Positions 53,750 through 64,000 are shown, counted from the first letter of the stretch. The stretch is DNA of 64,000 nucleotides from Alphaproteobacteria bacterium (GCA_963555825.3 CAUVXB020000001.1:992001-1056000), one strand, 5' to 3'. Numbers and translations: made by a program. The notes: generated by a model from the letters alone, not told the origin.

Positions 53750-55018
53750 CTAGGACGCTCCCGAGCTCCGTTCCTCGCGCTGCTCCGAATAGATCAGCAA
53801 CGGCACGGCGCGGCCCTCGACCACTTCCTTGTTGATGACGACCTCTTCGACGTTATCGAAGCTCGGCAGATCGAACATCGGATCGAGCAAGATGCTCTCG
53901 AGGATCGACCGCAGGCCCCGGGCGCCGGTCTTGCGCAAGATCGCCTTCTTCGCGATGTCGCGCAGCGCGTCGTCCGAGAAGGTCAGCCGTACATCCTCCA
54001 TGCTGAACAGGCGCTGATACTGTTTCATCAACGCGTTCTTGGGCTCGATCAGGATCGCGACCAGCGAGTCTTCGTCGAGATCGTCGAGCGTCGCGATGAC
54101 CGGCAGACGGCCGACGAACTCTGGGATCAGGCCGAACTTCAAGAGATCCTCGGGTTCGATGTCGCGCAGGATGTCGCCGGTCCGGCGCTCGTCGGCGGCG
54201 CGTACATCGGCGGCGAAGCCGATCGACGAACCTTGACCGCGCGAGGCGATGATCTTCTCGAGGCCGGAAAAGGCGCCGCCGCATACGAACAGGATATTCG
54301 TCGTGTCGACCTGGAGGAATTCCTGCTGCGGGTGCTTGCGCCCGCCCTGGGGCGGCACCGACGCGATGGTACCCTCCATGATCTTCAACAGCGCCTGCTG
54401 CACGCCCTCGCCCGAGACGTCACGGGTGATCGACGGGTTGTCGGACTTGCGCGAAATCTTGTCGACCTCGTCGATATAGACGATGCCGCGCTGCGCGCGC
54501 TCGACGTTGTAATCGGCCGACTGGAGCAGCTTGAGGATGATGTTCTCGACATCCTCGCCGACATAGCCGGCCTCGGTCAACGTCGTCGCGTCGGCCATGG
54601 TGAACGGCACATCGAGGAAGCGCGCCAGCGTCTGCGCCAGCAGAGTCTTGCCGCAGCCGGTCGGGCCGACCAGCAGGATGTTCGACTTGGCGAGCTCGAC
54701 GTCGTTCGACTTGGCGCCGTGGTTCAGCCGCTTGTAGTGGTTATGGACGGCCACCGAGAGCACGCGCTTGGCGTAGTTCTGGCCAATCACGTAGTCGTCG
54801 AGGACACCGCAGATCTCATGCGGCGTGGGCACCCCGTCGCGCGATTTAACTAGCGCGCTCTTGTGCTCCTCGCGGATGATGTCCATGCACAGCTCGACGC
54901 ACTCGTCGCAGATGAACACCGTCGGCCCGGCAATGAGCTTGCGGACCTCGTGCTGACTCTTGCCGCAGAACGAGCAATACAGCGTGTTTTTGGAGTCGCC
55001 GCCACTCGACTTATTCAT
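53750..55018 (-). CDS. clpX: ATP-dependent Clp protease ATPase subunit
   Basis: CSFCGK..CDEC zinc finger, [19 protein letters not shown] loop. Confidence 0.97.
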   Translation of the reverse strand: MNKSSGGDSKNTLYCSFCGKSQHEVRKLIAGPTVFICDECVELCMDIIREEHKSALVKSRDGVPTPHEICGVLDDYVIGQNYAKRVLSVAVHNHYKRLNHGAKSNDVELAKSNILLVGPTGCGKTLLAQTLARFLDVPFTMADATTLTEAGYVGEDVENIILKLLQSADYNVERAQRGIVYIDEVDKISRKSDNPSITRDVSGEGVQQALLKIMEGTIASVPPQGGRKHPQQEFLQVDTTNILFVCGGAFSGLEKIIASRGQGSSIGFAADVRAADERRTGDILRDIEPEDLLKFGLIPEFVGRLPVIATLDDLDEDSLVAILIEPKNALMKQYQRLFSMEDVRLTFSDDALRDIAKKAILRKTGARGLRSILESILLDPMFDLPSFDNVEEVVINKEVVEGRAVPLLIYSEQREERSSGAS

Positions 55019-55136
55019 AACCGTTCACCGTCGGAACGTCGCACTGTGTCATGGCCCATGTTAGCCAAACCGCGCCGCTTTGCACAAGCCTTCAGCAAAA
55101 CACCGGATTCCGTGCCGTTCGGGCCCCATTTCACCG

Positions 55137-55787
55137 TCATTCGTCCTTCGCAGCAGTGTCCGCATCGTCATCCAACGGGGGCCGGCTCGTGAGGACCTCG
55201 TCGATGATGCCGAAATCCTTGGCTTCCTCGGCGCTGAAAAACTTGTCGCGTTCCATACTCTTCTCGATGGAATCGAGGGTCTGACCGGTATGTTTGGCAT
55301 AGATTTCGTTGAGCCGCGCCCGTGTCGTGAGGATTTCGCGCGCATGGATTTCGATGTCGGTCGCCTGCCCCTGAGCGCCGCCCGAGGGCTGATGGACCAT
55401 GATCCGCGCGTTGGGCAGGGCGAAGCGCTTGCCCTCGGCGCCGCCGGCGAGCAGCAACGAGCCCATCGACGCCGCTTGGCCGATGCACAGCGTCGAGATC
55501 GCTGGCCGGATGTACTGCATGGTGTCGTAGATCGCCAGGCCCGACGTCACCATCCCGCCCGGCGAGTTGATGTAGAACGAGATGTCCTTGGTCGGGTTCT
55601 CCGCCTCGAGGAACAGGAGCTGCGCGGTCACCAGGCTCGCCGAGTGATCTTCGATCGGGCCGGTCACGAAGACGATGCGCTCCTTCAAGAGGCGCGAGTA
55701 GATGTCGTAGGCGCGTTCGCCACGCGCCGTCTGCTCGACCACCATGGGCACGAGCTGGTTGGTGATCGTCTCGACGGGGTCAGCCAT
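55137..55787 (-). CDS. clpP: Clp protease proteolytic subunit
   Basis: [24 protein letters not shown]. The start could instead be GTG 55796. Confidence 0.97.
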   Translation of the reverse strand: MADPVETITNQLVPMVVEQTARGERAYDIYSRLLKERIVFVTGPIEDHSASLVTAQLLFLEAENPTKDISFYINSPGGMVTSGLAIYDTMQYIRPAISTLCIGQAASMGSLLLAGGAEGKRFALPNARIMVHQPSGGAQGQATDIEIHAREILTTRARLNEIYAKHTGQTLDSIEKSMERDKFFSAEEAKDFGIIDEVLTSRPPLDDDADTAAKDE

Positions 55788-55816
55788 GTTGGTCACTCGT
55801 CATCAGTTCCACGGAC

Positions 55817-57250
55817 CTAGTCGGATTTCTTCGCGGTCTTCTTCGCGGCCGCCTTTTTCGCGGGCGCCTTTTTCGCCGGCGCCTTCTTGGCGGCCTTCTT
55901 CTTCGGCTTTGCCGTGGCCTCGGGCGCCTCGGCATCCGGGTCGCGCACGAGTTCCTCAAGGGTCACGGTCTTGTCGGTGATCTCGGCCATCTCGAGAATG
56001 AAGTCGACGACCTTCTCCTCGAACAGCGGCGCCTGAAGCTCGTTCATCGCTTCGGGGTTATCGCGATAGTATTTCATGACCATTTCTTCCTGCCCGGGCA
56101 TCGAGCGGGCGCGCATCGCGATCGCGCGGTTGACGTCATCCTGGCCGACCGAAATGCCGTTGCGCTGGCCGACTTCGGAAAGCAGCAGGCCAAGGCGCAC
56201 GCGGCGCTCCGAGATCGCGCGGTATTCCTCGCGCAGCTCGTCCTCGCTGCGCGCCGCGTCGTCCGCATCGAGCCGGTCGTTCTCGCGGTCTTCGGTGATG
56301 CGCTGCCAGATCGCGTCGAACTCGCTGTCGATCATGCCCTCGGGCACCGCGAAATCATAGGCATCGGACAGCGCGTCGAGCAGCGCGCGCTTGAGCTTGG
56401 CGCGCGACAGCCCGCTGTAGTCGCGGGCGATCTGTTCCTTGACGATGTCACGCATCGCGCCGAGGTTCTCGAAACCATGGCTCTGCGCGAAGGCCTCGTC
56501 GACGGCGACTTCCTCGACCGCCTGGACCTCCTTGACGTCGACCTCGAACACCGCCTCCTTGCCGGCCAATCCCTCTTTCGGATAGCCCTCGGGAAAGGTG
56601 ACGTTGACCGTCACGTGATCGCCCGCCTTGGCGCCGATCAGCTGGTCCTCGAAGGTCGCGATGAAGCTCGACGAGCCGAGCTCGATGACGTGGTCGGACC
56701 CGGTGCCGCCCTCGAATGGCGCGCCGTCGACCGAACCGACGAAATCGATCATCAGCGAATCGCCGGATACCGCCGGCCGGCCGTCGGTCACGGCCACGAA
56801 GTTCTTCTCGCGCGCGGCCAGCCGGTCGATCGCCTCGTCGATCTCGCCTTCGCCGACTTGCGCCGTCTCGCGTGTCAGCTTGAGCTCGCGGAAGTCGCCC
56901 GGCTCGATCTCGGGCAGCATTTCGACCGCCAGCGTGTATTCGAGGTCGTCGCCGTCTTCGAACGAGATCGATTCGATGCGCGGCTGCAAGGCCGGACGCA
57001 CGCCCTTCTCGGCGAGCGCCTGGGACGAGGTCTGCTGGAGCGCCTGCTCGAGCACCTCGCCGCGCACCGTTCCGCCGAACCGCTTGCGCAGCAGCTCGGT
57101 CGGCACCTTGCCCGGGCGGAAGCCGGGGATACGCACGGTCCGGCCGAGCTCGGCGAGACGGTCGACGATACGGTTTTCGATGTCCTGTGTTTCGACGACG
57201 ACCTTGTATTCGCGCTTCAGTCCGTCGGCGCAGGTCTCGGTTACGTTCAT
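55817..57250 (-). CDS. tig: trigger factor with a Lys/Ala-rich tail
   Basis: PGFRPGKVP, FKBP-like DFVGSVDG..FEGG, VTFP..Y. Confidence 0.96.
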   Translation of the reverse strand: MNVTETCADGLKREYKVVVETQDIENRIVDRLAELGRTVRIPGFRPGKVPTELLRKRFGGTVRGEVLEQALQQTSSQALAEKGVRPALQPRIESISFEDGDDLEYTLAVEMLPEIEPGDFRELKLTRETAQVGEGEIDEAIDRLAAREKNFVAVTDGRPAVSGDSLMIDFVGSVDGAPFEGGTGSDHVIELGSSSFIATFEDQLIGAKAGDHVTVNVTFPEGYPKEGLAGKEAVFEVDVKEVQAVEEVAVDEAFAQSHGFENLGAMRDIVKEQIARDYSGLSRAKLKRALLDALSDAYDFAVPEGMIDSEFDAIWQRITEDRENDRLDADDAARSEDELREEYRAISERRVRLGLLLSEVGQRNGISVGQDDVNRAIAMRARSMPGQEEMVMKYYRDNPEAMNELQAPLFEEKVVDFILEMAEITDKTVTLEELVRDPDAEAPEATAKPKKKAAKKAPAKKAPAKKAAAKKTAKKSD

Positions 57251-57315
57251 TTATGCTGGTGATCCGATTGCGGTAAGCGAGGAATAATTGAAGCACCTTC
57301 GGGGCTCGCGGTCTT

Positions 57316-57400
57316 TGGTGCGGGCGGAGGGACTCGAACCCCCAAGCCTTGCGGCACCAGATCCTAAATCTGGCGTGTCTACCAGTTCCACCACGCCCGC
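57316..57400 (-). tRNA. tRNA-Leu (TAG)
   Basis: GCGGGCGTGGTGGAACTGGTAGACACGCCAGATT-TAG-GATCTGGTGCCGCAAGGCTTGGGGGTTCGAGTCCCTCCGCCCGCACCA; long variable arm. Confidence 0.96.
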
Positions 57401-57548
57401 ACGGCAGCGTTCGCGGACGAATCCGGCACCCGGCCGCCCCGGAGCACGCGCTCTATAGCATAAATGCTCTGCGCGAAACCAGCGCAAAGGGGCAGTTTTC
57501 GGTGATCTCCCGCAACCAACCGCGCGACGGCCGGGTTAGTAAGGAAAA

Positions 57549-59960
57549 TTAGCCCCCACGCCCGCCCAGGCAAGCCGCCGCCGCGGCGTCGAGGATGGCG
57601 TCGACGTCGAGGCGGTAGTGGCGGTAGAGGTCGGGCAGGTCGCCCGACTGGCCGAAATGCTCGACGCCCAGGGGGTGAACGCGATGACCGCGCACCGCAC
57701 CGAGCCAGCCCAAGCCCGCCGGGTGGCCGTCGAGCACGGTGACCAGCGCGGCGCTGGGGGCGAGCGGCGCGAGCAGCGCCTCGACCTCGGCGCGGGCATC
57801 CCCGGTGCCGGCCTGGCGCGCGCGTTCGGCGGCGTGCCAGCCGGCGTTGAGGCGGTCGGCGGAGGTCACGGCCAAGAGGCCGGCGTCGGGCACGTCCTCG
57901 ACGATCTGGCGGTGCGCCTCGATCGCCTCGGGCGCAACGGCGCCCGAAAACGCGATGGCGAGTTCGGCGCCCGGCCCCGGTGGCACCAGCCAATAGCCGC
58001 CGTCGATGATGCCGCGCTTGAACGCTTCGCTCGGCGCGCGGTCGGGCTGGTCGAGCGGACGCGTCGAGAGCCGCAGGTAGACCGAGCCACCCTCCCGGTC
58101 GCGCAACCAAGCGGTGTCGGTGGCGCCCGAGCCATCGCGCTGCAGGTAATCGAAGGCCCAGGCCAGGATGACCGAGAGTTCATCGACGAAAGCCGGTTCG
58201 AACGCCGCGAGGCCGTCCTGCGCCATGCCGATCAGCGGCGTGCCGATCGACTGATGCGCGCCGCCCTCGGGCGCCAGCGTCACGCCCGACGGCGTCGCCA
58301 CGACGATGAACCGGGCGTCCTGGTAGCAGGCGTAGTTGAGCGCATCGAGGCCGCGCTGGATGAACGGATCGTACAGCGTGCCGATCGGCAGCAGCCGCGC
58401 GCCGAACAGCGAATGCGACAAGCCGAGCGCGCCGAGCAGCAGGAACAGGTTGTTCTCGGCGATGCCGAGTTCGATGTGCTGGCCTTTGGGCGACATCGCC
58501 CAACGCTGCGCCGAGACGACCTTCTCCTCGCGGAAGACGTCGTCGCGCGGCGTGCGGTTGAAGATTCCGCGCCGGTTGACCCAACCGCCCAGGTTGGTCG
58601 AGACGGTGACGTCGGGCGAGGTCGTGACGATGCGGTCGGCGAGTTCGCTTTCGCCGCGCCCGAGATCGGCGAGGATGCGGCCGAAACCCTCCTGGGTCGA
58701 CATGGTCGCGGCGCTCGGCATCGGGAAATCCGCCGGCAAGGCGATCCGTGGCGCGGCGGCGCTTCGTTGCTCCCTGGCGGCGAACGGTACTTGGGCGATG
58801 AACGCTTCGAGTTCGTCCGCCGGCCGATCGAGCGCCGCCAGACGGTCCCATTCGGCGCCGTCGGTGATCTCGTTTTGGCGCTTGAATTCGGCCATCTGGT
58901 CGGGGTTCATCAGGCCGGCGTGATTGTCCTTGTGGCCCGCGAAGGGCAGCCCGAAGCCCTTGATGGTATAGGCGATGAAGCAGGTCGGCAAATCGTCGTC
59001 GACCGCATGGAAGGCCTCGAGCACGCTCACCATGTCCTGGCCCGCCAGGTTGGTCATCAGCGCGTGCAGCGCGTCGTCGTCGTGCTCGTCGAGCAGCGCC
59101 GCCATGCCGCGCACGCCGCCGAGGTCGGCGGTAAGATGCTTGCGCCACGCCGCGCCGCCCTGGAACACGAGCGCCGAGTAGAGCGAGTTCGGGCAGTCGT
59201 CGATCCACTGGCGCAGCGCCTTGCCGCCGGGCCGCTTGAAGGCGGCCTGCAGCCGCGTGCCATACTTCAGGGTAACGACGCGCCAGCCCATGTTGCGGAA
59301 GATTTCGTCGATGCGCCCGAACAATCGGTCGGTGACCACCGCGTCGAGGCTCTGGCGGTTGTAGTCGATGACCCACCAGACGTTGCGCACGTCCTGCTTC
59401 CAGCCCTCGAACAGCGCCTCGAAGATGTTGCCCTCGTCGAGTTCGCCGTCGCCGACCAGCGCGACCATGCGGCCCGGCGCAATGTCGTCGCCCAGCCAGC
59501 CCTTGAGCCGGACGTAGTCCTGCACCAGGCTGGCGAAGCTGGTCAGCGCGACGCCGAGACCGACCGAGCCGGTCGAGATGTCGACGTCGTCGGTGTCCTT
59601 GGTGCGCGACGGGTAGGACTGCGCCCCGCCGAATGCGCGGAATGCCTCGAGCTTGGCGCGCGTCTGCCGGCCGAAGAGATACTGGATGGCGTGGAACACC
59701 GGGCTCGCGTGGGGCTTGACCGCGACCCGATCCTCGGGCCTCAGCACATCGAAATAGAGCGCCGTCATCAGCGTCGTCAGCGAGGCGCAGGACGCCTGGT
59801 GGCCGCCGACCTTGAGGCCGTCGCGCGACGGCCGGATATGGTTGGCGTTGTGGATCATCCACGACGCCAGCCACAGCACCTTGCGCTCCAGCGCATTAAG
59901 GCAGGCGAGGCGATGTGCGTTCGTCGCCGCCTGTTGCTTGGCCGTGCTCGCTGCCGTCAT
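57549..59960 (-). CDS. AceE-like/transketolase-superfamily ThDP enzyme (single-chain 2-oxoacid dehydrogenase E1-like)
   Basis: KVGGHQAS, STGSVGLG, GDGELDEG...NRQSLD ThDP motif, ELGIAE, EGGAHQS, FGQSG. Confidence 0.82.
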   Translation of the reverse strand: MTAASTAKQQAATNAHRLACLNALERKVLWLASWMIHNANHIRPSRDGLKVGGHQASCASLTTLMTALYFDVLRPEDRVAVKPHASPVFHAIQYLFGRQTRAKLEAFRAFGGAQSYPSRTKDTDDVDISTGSVGLGVALTSFASLVQDYVRLKGWLGDDIAPGRMVALVGDGELDEGNIFEALFEGWKQDVRNVWWVIDYNRQSLDAVVTDRLFGRIDEIFRNMGWRVVTLKYGTRLQAAFKRPGGKALRQWIDDCPNSLYSALVFQGGAAWRKHLTADLGGVRGMAALLDEHDDDALHALMTNLAGQDMVSVLEAFHAVDDDLPTCFIAYTIKGFGLPFAGHKDNHAGLMNPDQMAEFKRQNEITDGAEWDRLAALDRPADELEAFIAQVPFAAREQRSAAAPRIALPADFPMPSAATMSTQEGFGRILADLGRGESELADRIVTTSPDVTVSTNLGGWVNRRGIFNRTPRDDVFREEKVVSAQRWAMSPKGQHIELGIAENNLFLLLGALGLSHSLFGARLLPIGTLYDPFIQRGLDALNYACYQDARFIVVATPSGVTLAPEGGAHQSIGTPLIGMAQDGLAAFEPAFVDELSVILAWAFDYLQRDGSGATDTAWLRDREGGSVYLRLSTRPLDQPDRAPSEAFKRGIIDGGYWLVPPGPGAELAIAFSGAVAPEAIEAHRQIVEDVPDAGLLAVTSADRLNAGWHAAERARQAGTGDARAEVEALLAPLAPSAALVTVLDGHPAGLGWLGAVRGHRVHPLGVEHFGQSGDLPDLYRHYRLDVDAILDAAAAACLGGRGG

Positions 59961-60005
59961 CACCCCTCCCCCCGTCGACTTCGGCGACCCTATCACAGGT
60001 CCGCC

Positions 60006-61448
60006 TCAGCCCCCGCCGCAGGCCGCGCGTTCGCGGCGCGCCAGGCCGCGCACCGACGAGGCGGCGACGACCTTGCCCTCGTCGGAATAGGCCTCGTGGT
60101 TCTCTTCGATGTCGTCCAGCTTGTAGACGTAGTTGACCATCATGCCGGCCGACTGCGCGAGGCCCTTCACCGAGGGATCGCCGAGCCAGTTGATGCGCGC
60201 GATGCACGCGCCGTTCGACAGATGAAAGCGCACCACCGGGTCGAGTGGCCGGCCGTCGCCGCGCTTCTCTCGCAGCAGGTAGCGCGCGCACAGCTTCATC
60301 AGCGGCTGTTTCAAGAGCTGCGCCGTCCCCTCGCCCTCGTGCCACGGCATGTCGAGCAGCGCGCGCAACGCCCCGGCGCCGTCATCCACGCCGGTCTCGG
60401 CGACCAGCGCCTTGGCGTCGGCGTCGGTCAACAGGCCGGCGCCATCGGCCGCCAGCATGCCGTCGAGCCAGTGGCGGAAACCCGGCACCGGCGACAATGT
60501 GGCGAAGGTCTTGAGACCCTTGAGCTCGGCCGCCAGGTCGTCGACGACGCGCTTGATCAGGAAATCGCCGAAGCTGATGCCGGCGAGCCCGCGCTGGGCG
60601 TTCGAGATCGAATAGAAGATCGCCGTGTCGGCGTCCTGCGCGTCGATCGCCGGCGCCGACTGGTCGAGCAGCGCCGCGATGTTGCCGGCCATGCCGTCGA
60701 CCAGCGCGACCTCGACGAAGATCAACGGTTCGCTGGGCATTCTGGGATGGAAGAAGGCGAAGCAGCGGCGGTCCGGGTCGAGCCGGTTCTTCATGTCGTC
60801 CCACGAACGGATCTCGTGCACCGCCTCGTAGGCGATGAGCTTCTCCAACAGCGTCGCTGGCGCGTCCCAGGTGATGCGCTCGAGATCGAGGAAACCGATG
60901 TCGAACCACGAAGCAAGCAGGTCCCTGAGATCGGTCTCGAGCCGCCCCAGTGCGGCGTCGCCCTTGCCGAGCCGGATGATATCGGCGCGCAGGTCGACCA
61001 GGAACTTGACGCCCTCTGGCAACGCGTTGAAGCCGGTCAGCAGGCGTTGCCATGGCGGCAGAAGGGCGCGGCGCAGATCGGCTTCGGCGTGCTGACGCGC
61101 GGCCTCGTCGCCGGCCGCCTGAACCGCGGCGATGGCGGCGTCGACGGCCGCATGGTCGGCCGCGAACTCGCCCGCCAGCATGCCAAGGAAGCGCGCCCGG
61201 CCGGTGTCGTCGAGGGTCAGATAGACGCGCCCGAGATCGGCGGCGCGCGCCCGCGCCGAGACCTCGCCGCCGCGCCCTTCGAGGCAGGCGACGATCTGGC
61301 GCTTGAGCCGTGCGGCGTCGTCGTCGGGCAGGTCGGGGCGTACCGCGCCGGTCACCGCGACCCGCGTCGAGGCCGCGACATCACGCCACGCATCGCGCAA
61401 CTGCGAGAGCGTGCGGTCGATCAGGCCGGGCTTTTCCGTTCGAGCCAT
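60006..61448 (-). CDS. malonyl-CoA decarboxylase
   Basis: LEKLIAYEAVH, DRRCFAFFHP, FYSISN, TLSPVPGF, DPVVRFHLSNGA, GMMVNY. Confidence 0.92.
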   Translation of the reverse strand: MARTEKPGLIDRTLSQLRDAWRDVAASTRVAVTGAVRPDLPDDDAARLKRQIVACLEGRGGEVSARARAADLGRVYLTLDDTGRARFLGMLAGEFAADHAAVDAAIAAVQAAGDEAARQHAEADLRRALLPPWQRLLTGFNALPEGVKFLVDLRADIIRLGKGDAALGRLETDLRDLLASWFDIGFLDLERITWDAPATLLEKLIAYEAVHEIRSWDDMKNRLDPDRRCFAFFHPRMPSEPLIFVEVALVDGMAGNIAALLDQSAPAIDAQDADTAIFYSISNAQRGLAGISFGDFLIKRVVDDLAAELKGLKTFATLSPVPGFRHWLDGMLAADGAGLLTDADAKALVAETGVDDGAGALRALLDMPWHEGEGTAQLLKQPLMKLCARYLLREKRGDGRPLDPVVRFHLSNGACIARINWLGDPSVKGLAQSAGMMVNYVYKLDDIEENHEAYSDEGKVVAASSVRGLARRERAACGGG

Positions 61449-61462
61449 GGTCCTCATATTGG

Positions 61463-62935
61463 TTAGCCGGCGTCCGATGTCAGCGCCGCGAGCACGGCCG
61501 GCAGCGCTTCGCTCAAATCCTCGGCGATTAGGCCGGGACCGACATGCGTGGCGCAGGCGCCGTGCAGCCAGGCCGCGGCACAACCGGCGTCGAAGGCGCC
61601 CATGCTTTGCGCCATGAGCCCGAGAGCCAGCCCGGCGAGCACATCGCCCGCACCCGCGGTGGCGAGTTCGGGTGGCGCGTTGTCGTTGATCGCCGCGCGC
61701 CCATCCGGCGCCGCGATCACCGTGTCGGCGCCCTTCAGAAGCACCGCCGCGCCCGAGGTCTCGGCCGCCGCCCGGGCGCGCGCCACCTTGTCGCCGGCGA
61801 CGTCGAACAGGCGGCGGTATTCGCCATCGTGCGGTGTTAGCAAACAAGGCGAGAATATCGCCGTAAACAATTCATCCGGCTTATTTTTAAACACCGTGAG
61901 CGCATCGGCGTCCAGGACGCACGCCTTGCCCGCGGAAAGCGCCGCGAGCGTCTTTGCGCGGGTCTCCTCGGTGACGCCGCCGCCGGGGCCGAGCAGCACC
62001 GCGTTCTTGCGCGGATCGGCGATCAGGTCCGCGAAGGCATCGGCGTCTGCGGTCACGCGCGTCATGACGGCTTCGAGCGTCGTGGCATAGATCGGCAGCG
62101 CATCGGTCGGCGCCGCCACGGTGACCAGCCCGGCGCCCACCCTGAGCGCCGCGCGCGCGGCGAGCCGGGCCGCCCCCGTCGTCTCGACGCCGCCGCCGGC
62201 GACGATGGCGTGGCCGCGGCTGTATTTGTGGTCGCCCGCCGCCGGCCAGGGATAGCGCGTCAGCCACAAAGCGGGCGCATTGACGCAGCATATCGGGCCA
62301 ATGTCGTCGAGCACCGCCTCGGGGATGCCGATGTCGGCAACCACGACCTCGCCGCAAAGCGTCGGACCGGGCAGCAGCAGGTGACCGGGCTTGCGCCGGA
62401 AGAAGGTCACCGTCAGCGCGGCCGGCGCCGCGGCGCCCATGACCGCGCCGGTGTCGCCATGAACGCCGCTCGGTACATCGATGGCAACACTTGGCAATCG
62501 TCGCGCCGCGATCGCCTCGACCACCGCGCGTGGTACGCCGTCGAGCGGCCGGGTCAGCCCGGCGCCGAACAGGCCGTCGACCACCAGTTCGGCGTCGTCG
62601 AGCACGGCGAGGTCGAGCGCCACGACGGCGCCACGCCAGCGCCCGGCCATAACGGCCGCATCGCCCTTGAGGTTCTCGACGCTACCGAGCAGCGCGACGG
62701 TAACCGGCCAGCCGGCCGCGTCGAGCAGCCGCGCGACGACGAAACCGTCGCCGCCGTTGTTGCCGGGTCCGCAGAGGATCGCCACCGGACGCGGCGTCCA
62801 GCGCTCGAGGATCGCCCGCGCGATCGCGCCGCCGGCGTTCTCCATCAGCGTCTCGCCCGGGACGCCCGCGTCTATCGCCGCCTTGTCGGCGGCGTACATC
62901 TCGTCGACCGTCAGCAGCGCCGTGTCGCCGCTCAT
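61463..62935 (-). CDS. nnr: bifunctional NAD(P)H-hydrate epimerase/dehydratase
   Basis: LMENAG, GPGNNGGDG, DVPSG, HKYSRG, DADAL, TPHDGE, AGAGDVLAG. Confidence 0.94.
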   Translation of the reverse strand: MSGDTALLTVDEMYAADKAAIDAGVPGETLMENAGGAIARAILERWTPRPVAILCGPGNNGGDGFVVARLLDAAGWPVTVALLGSVENLKGDAAVMAGRWRGAVVALDLAVLDDAELVVDGLFGAGLTRPLDGVPRAVVEAIAARRLPSVAIDVPSGVHGDTGAVMGAAAPAALTVTFFRRKPGHLLLPGPTLCGEVVVADIGIPEAVLDDIGPICCVNAPALWLTRYPWPAAGDHKYSRGHAIVAGGGVETTGAARLAARAALRVGAGLVTVAAPTDALPIYATTLEAVMTRVTADADAFADLIADPRKNAVLLGPGGGVTEETRAKTLAALSAGKACVLDADALTVFKNKPDELFTAIFSPCLLTPHDGEYRRLFDVAGDKVARARAAAETSGAAVLLKGADTVIAAPDGRAAINDNAPPELATAGAGDVLAGLALGLMAQSMGAFDAGCAAAWLHGACATHVGPGLIAEDLSEALPAVLAALTSDAG

Positions 62936-63639
62936 GCCCCGGCGCCGCGATAGAGGTTGACCCGCGTGCGGTGCTCGAAGACGAAGCCGTCGTCGGTACG
63001 GCCGGCCTCGAACAGGGCACGCACGGCGGGCGTGTCGACCGCCTCGCGACGGTGGTCGTTGTAGGATCGCTCGAGCGTCGGCACGAGGAAGGCATCGAAG
63101 TCGGCGTAGCGCACCGGCTGGGCGTAGCGGTGCTCGGACATCTCGGCGAAGCGGGGCGCGATACAGCGCGCCAGGGCCTGGCAGGCCAGCCGGCGCACCT
63201 CGGTCTCGTCGTGGAACGGGCGCATCAGCTCGGCATAGCTGCCCGCCATCACCGGCTCGGCGATATAGAGGAACCCGGCGCGCGGCTTGAGCACGCGCAG
63301 CGCCTCGGCGAGCGCCGCGTCCATCTCGGCGGGCGGCACGTGGTGCAGCGAGCATTTGAAGACGACGCCGTCGATCGATGCGTCGGCAGCGGGCATCGCC
63401 TGGCCGGGCGCCTTGGCGAAGGTGACGCCGGGCGTCTTCGGTGACGCGCGGTTCTTCGCCGCCTGGATCGGGTCGGGTTCGATGGCGAGCACCTCGGCGC
63501 CGCGTTCGGCGAGCGCGCGGCTGAAATCGCCGGCGCCGCAACCGACGTCGAGCAGCCGCAAGCTGCCGACCGCGCACAGGCGGTCGAACGCCTCGAGGTC
63601 GCTGCATTCGCCAAAGCTCTCGGGCGCCGGGGCCGTCAT
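62932..63639 (-). CDS. class I SAM-dependent methyltransferase
   Basis: LLDVGCGAG (motif I), SLHHV, RVLKP; GAGGAGGA RBS before ATG 63639. Confidence 0.85.
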   Translation of the reverse strand: MTAPAPESFGECSDLEAFDRLCAVGSLRLLDVGCGAGDFSRALAERGAEVLAIEPDPIQAAKNRASPKTPGVTFAKAPGQAMPAADASIDGVVFKCSLHHVPPAEMDAALAEALRVLKPRAGFLYIAEPVMAGSYAELMRPFHDETEVRRLACQALARCIAPRFAEMSEHRYAQPVRYADFDAFLVPTLERSYNDHRREAVDTPAVRALFEAGRTDDGFVFEHRTRVNLYRGAGA

Positions 63640-63797
63640 GCTGTCCTCCTCCTCGTTCGGCGCGACCATAACGCCCCTCGCCCGCCCTTGTCGCGAGGTT
63701 AGTGCAGTCCTGGTATGACTTTAACGCGGGCTGTGAATTGCCGTGCCGCGGCGGTAGTATCCGGCCAACAGCGAACATCGAATATATGGAGACCATC

Positions 63798-64000
63798 ATG
63801 AGCCAGCCCGCCGAAGCCGGCGCCGCGCCCGCCCCCGCCAGCACCGCACGCGCGCCCTTCCAATGGGACGACCCGTTCTTCCTCGACGACCAGCTCACCG
63901 AGGACGAGCGCATGATCCGCGACACGACGCGCGATTATGCGCAGGAAAAGCTGATGCCGCGCATCCTCGAGGCCAACCGTCACGAGCTGTTCGACCGCGA
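63798..64000 (+). CDS. acyl-CoA dehydrogenase, glutaryl-CoA dehydrogenase-like (partial)
   Basis: MSQPAE...[43 protein letters not shown]; runs off the window. Confidence 0.8.
   Translation, partial: MSQPAEAGAAPAPASTARAPFQWDDPFFLDDQLTEDERMIRDTTRDYAQEKLMPRILEANRHELFDR

Noticed and set aside
57618-61466. 1282-aa plus-strand ORF
   Set aside because: Antisense shadow of the E1-like and MCD genes, which share a frame; no recognisable domains.

Overview
High-GC alphaproteobacterial (Rhodospirillales-like, judged from gene order and protein sequences) core chromosome, almost all on the minus strand. Left to right: comEC (partial), gltX, gltA; the rpsB-tsf-pyrH-frr-uppS-cdsA-dxr-rseP-bamA-skp-lpxD-fabZ-lpxA-lpxI-lpxB cluster; a PsiE-family gene; proS-lolE-lolD-dnaE; a small accessory islet (DMT and MFS transporters, agmatinase-like ureohydrolase, tag); nuoA-N followed by birA-coaX-rnj-mce-DUF1467; tRNA-Asp, tRNA-Val, HU, lon, clpX, clpP, tig, tRNA-Leu; and a methyltransferase-nnr-malonyl-CoA decarboxylase-AceE-like operon divergent from an acyl-CoA dehydrogenase (partial). 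The only mobile element I found is a 1174-bp IS630-family element that splits the ureohydrolase gene. It is atypical: a 3-bp TGA duplication rather than TA, a DD31E triad, a -1 frameshift, and five GANTC (CcrM) sites within 75 bp of its left end. Candidate cell-cycle and stress control sites are a tandem DnaA-box repeat before dnaE, a perfect CtrA box over the HU ribosome-binding site, and an RpoH promoter before lon. I saw no CRISPR array, prophage or defence island. All calls come from reading motifs by eye; no database searches were run.
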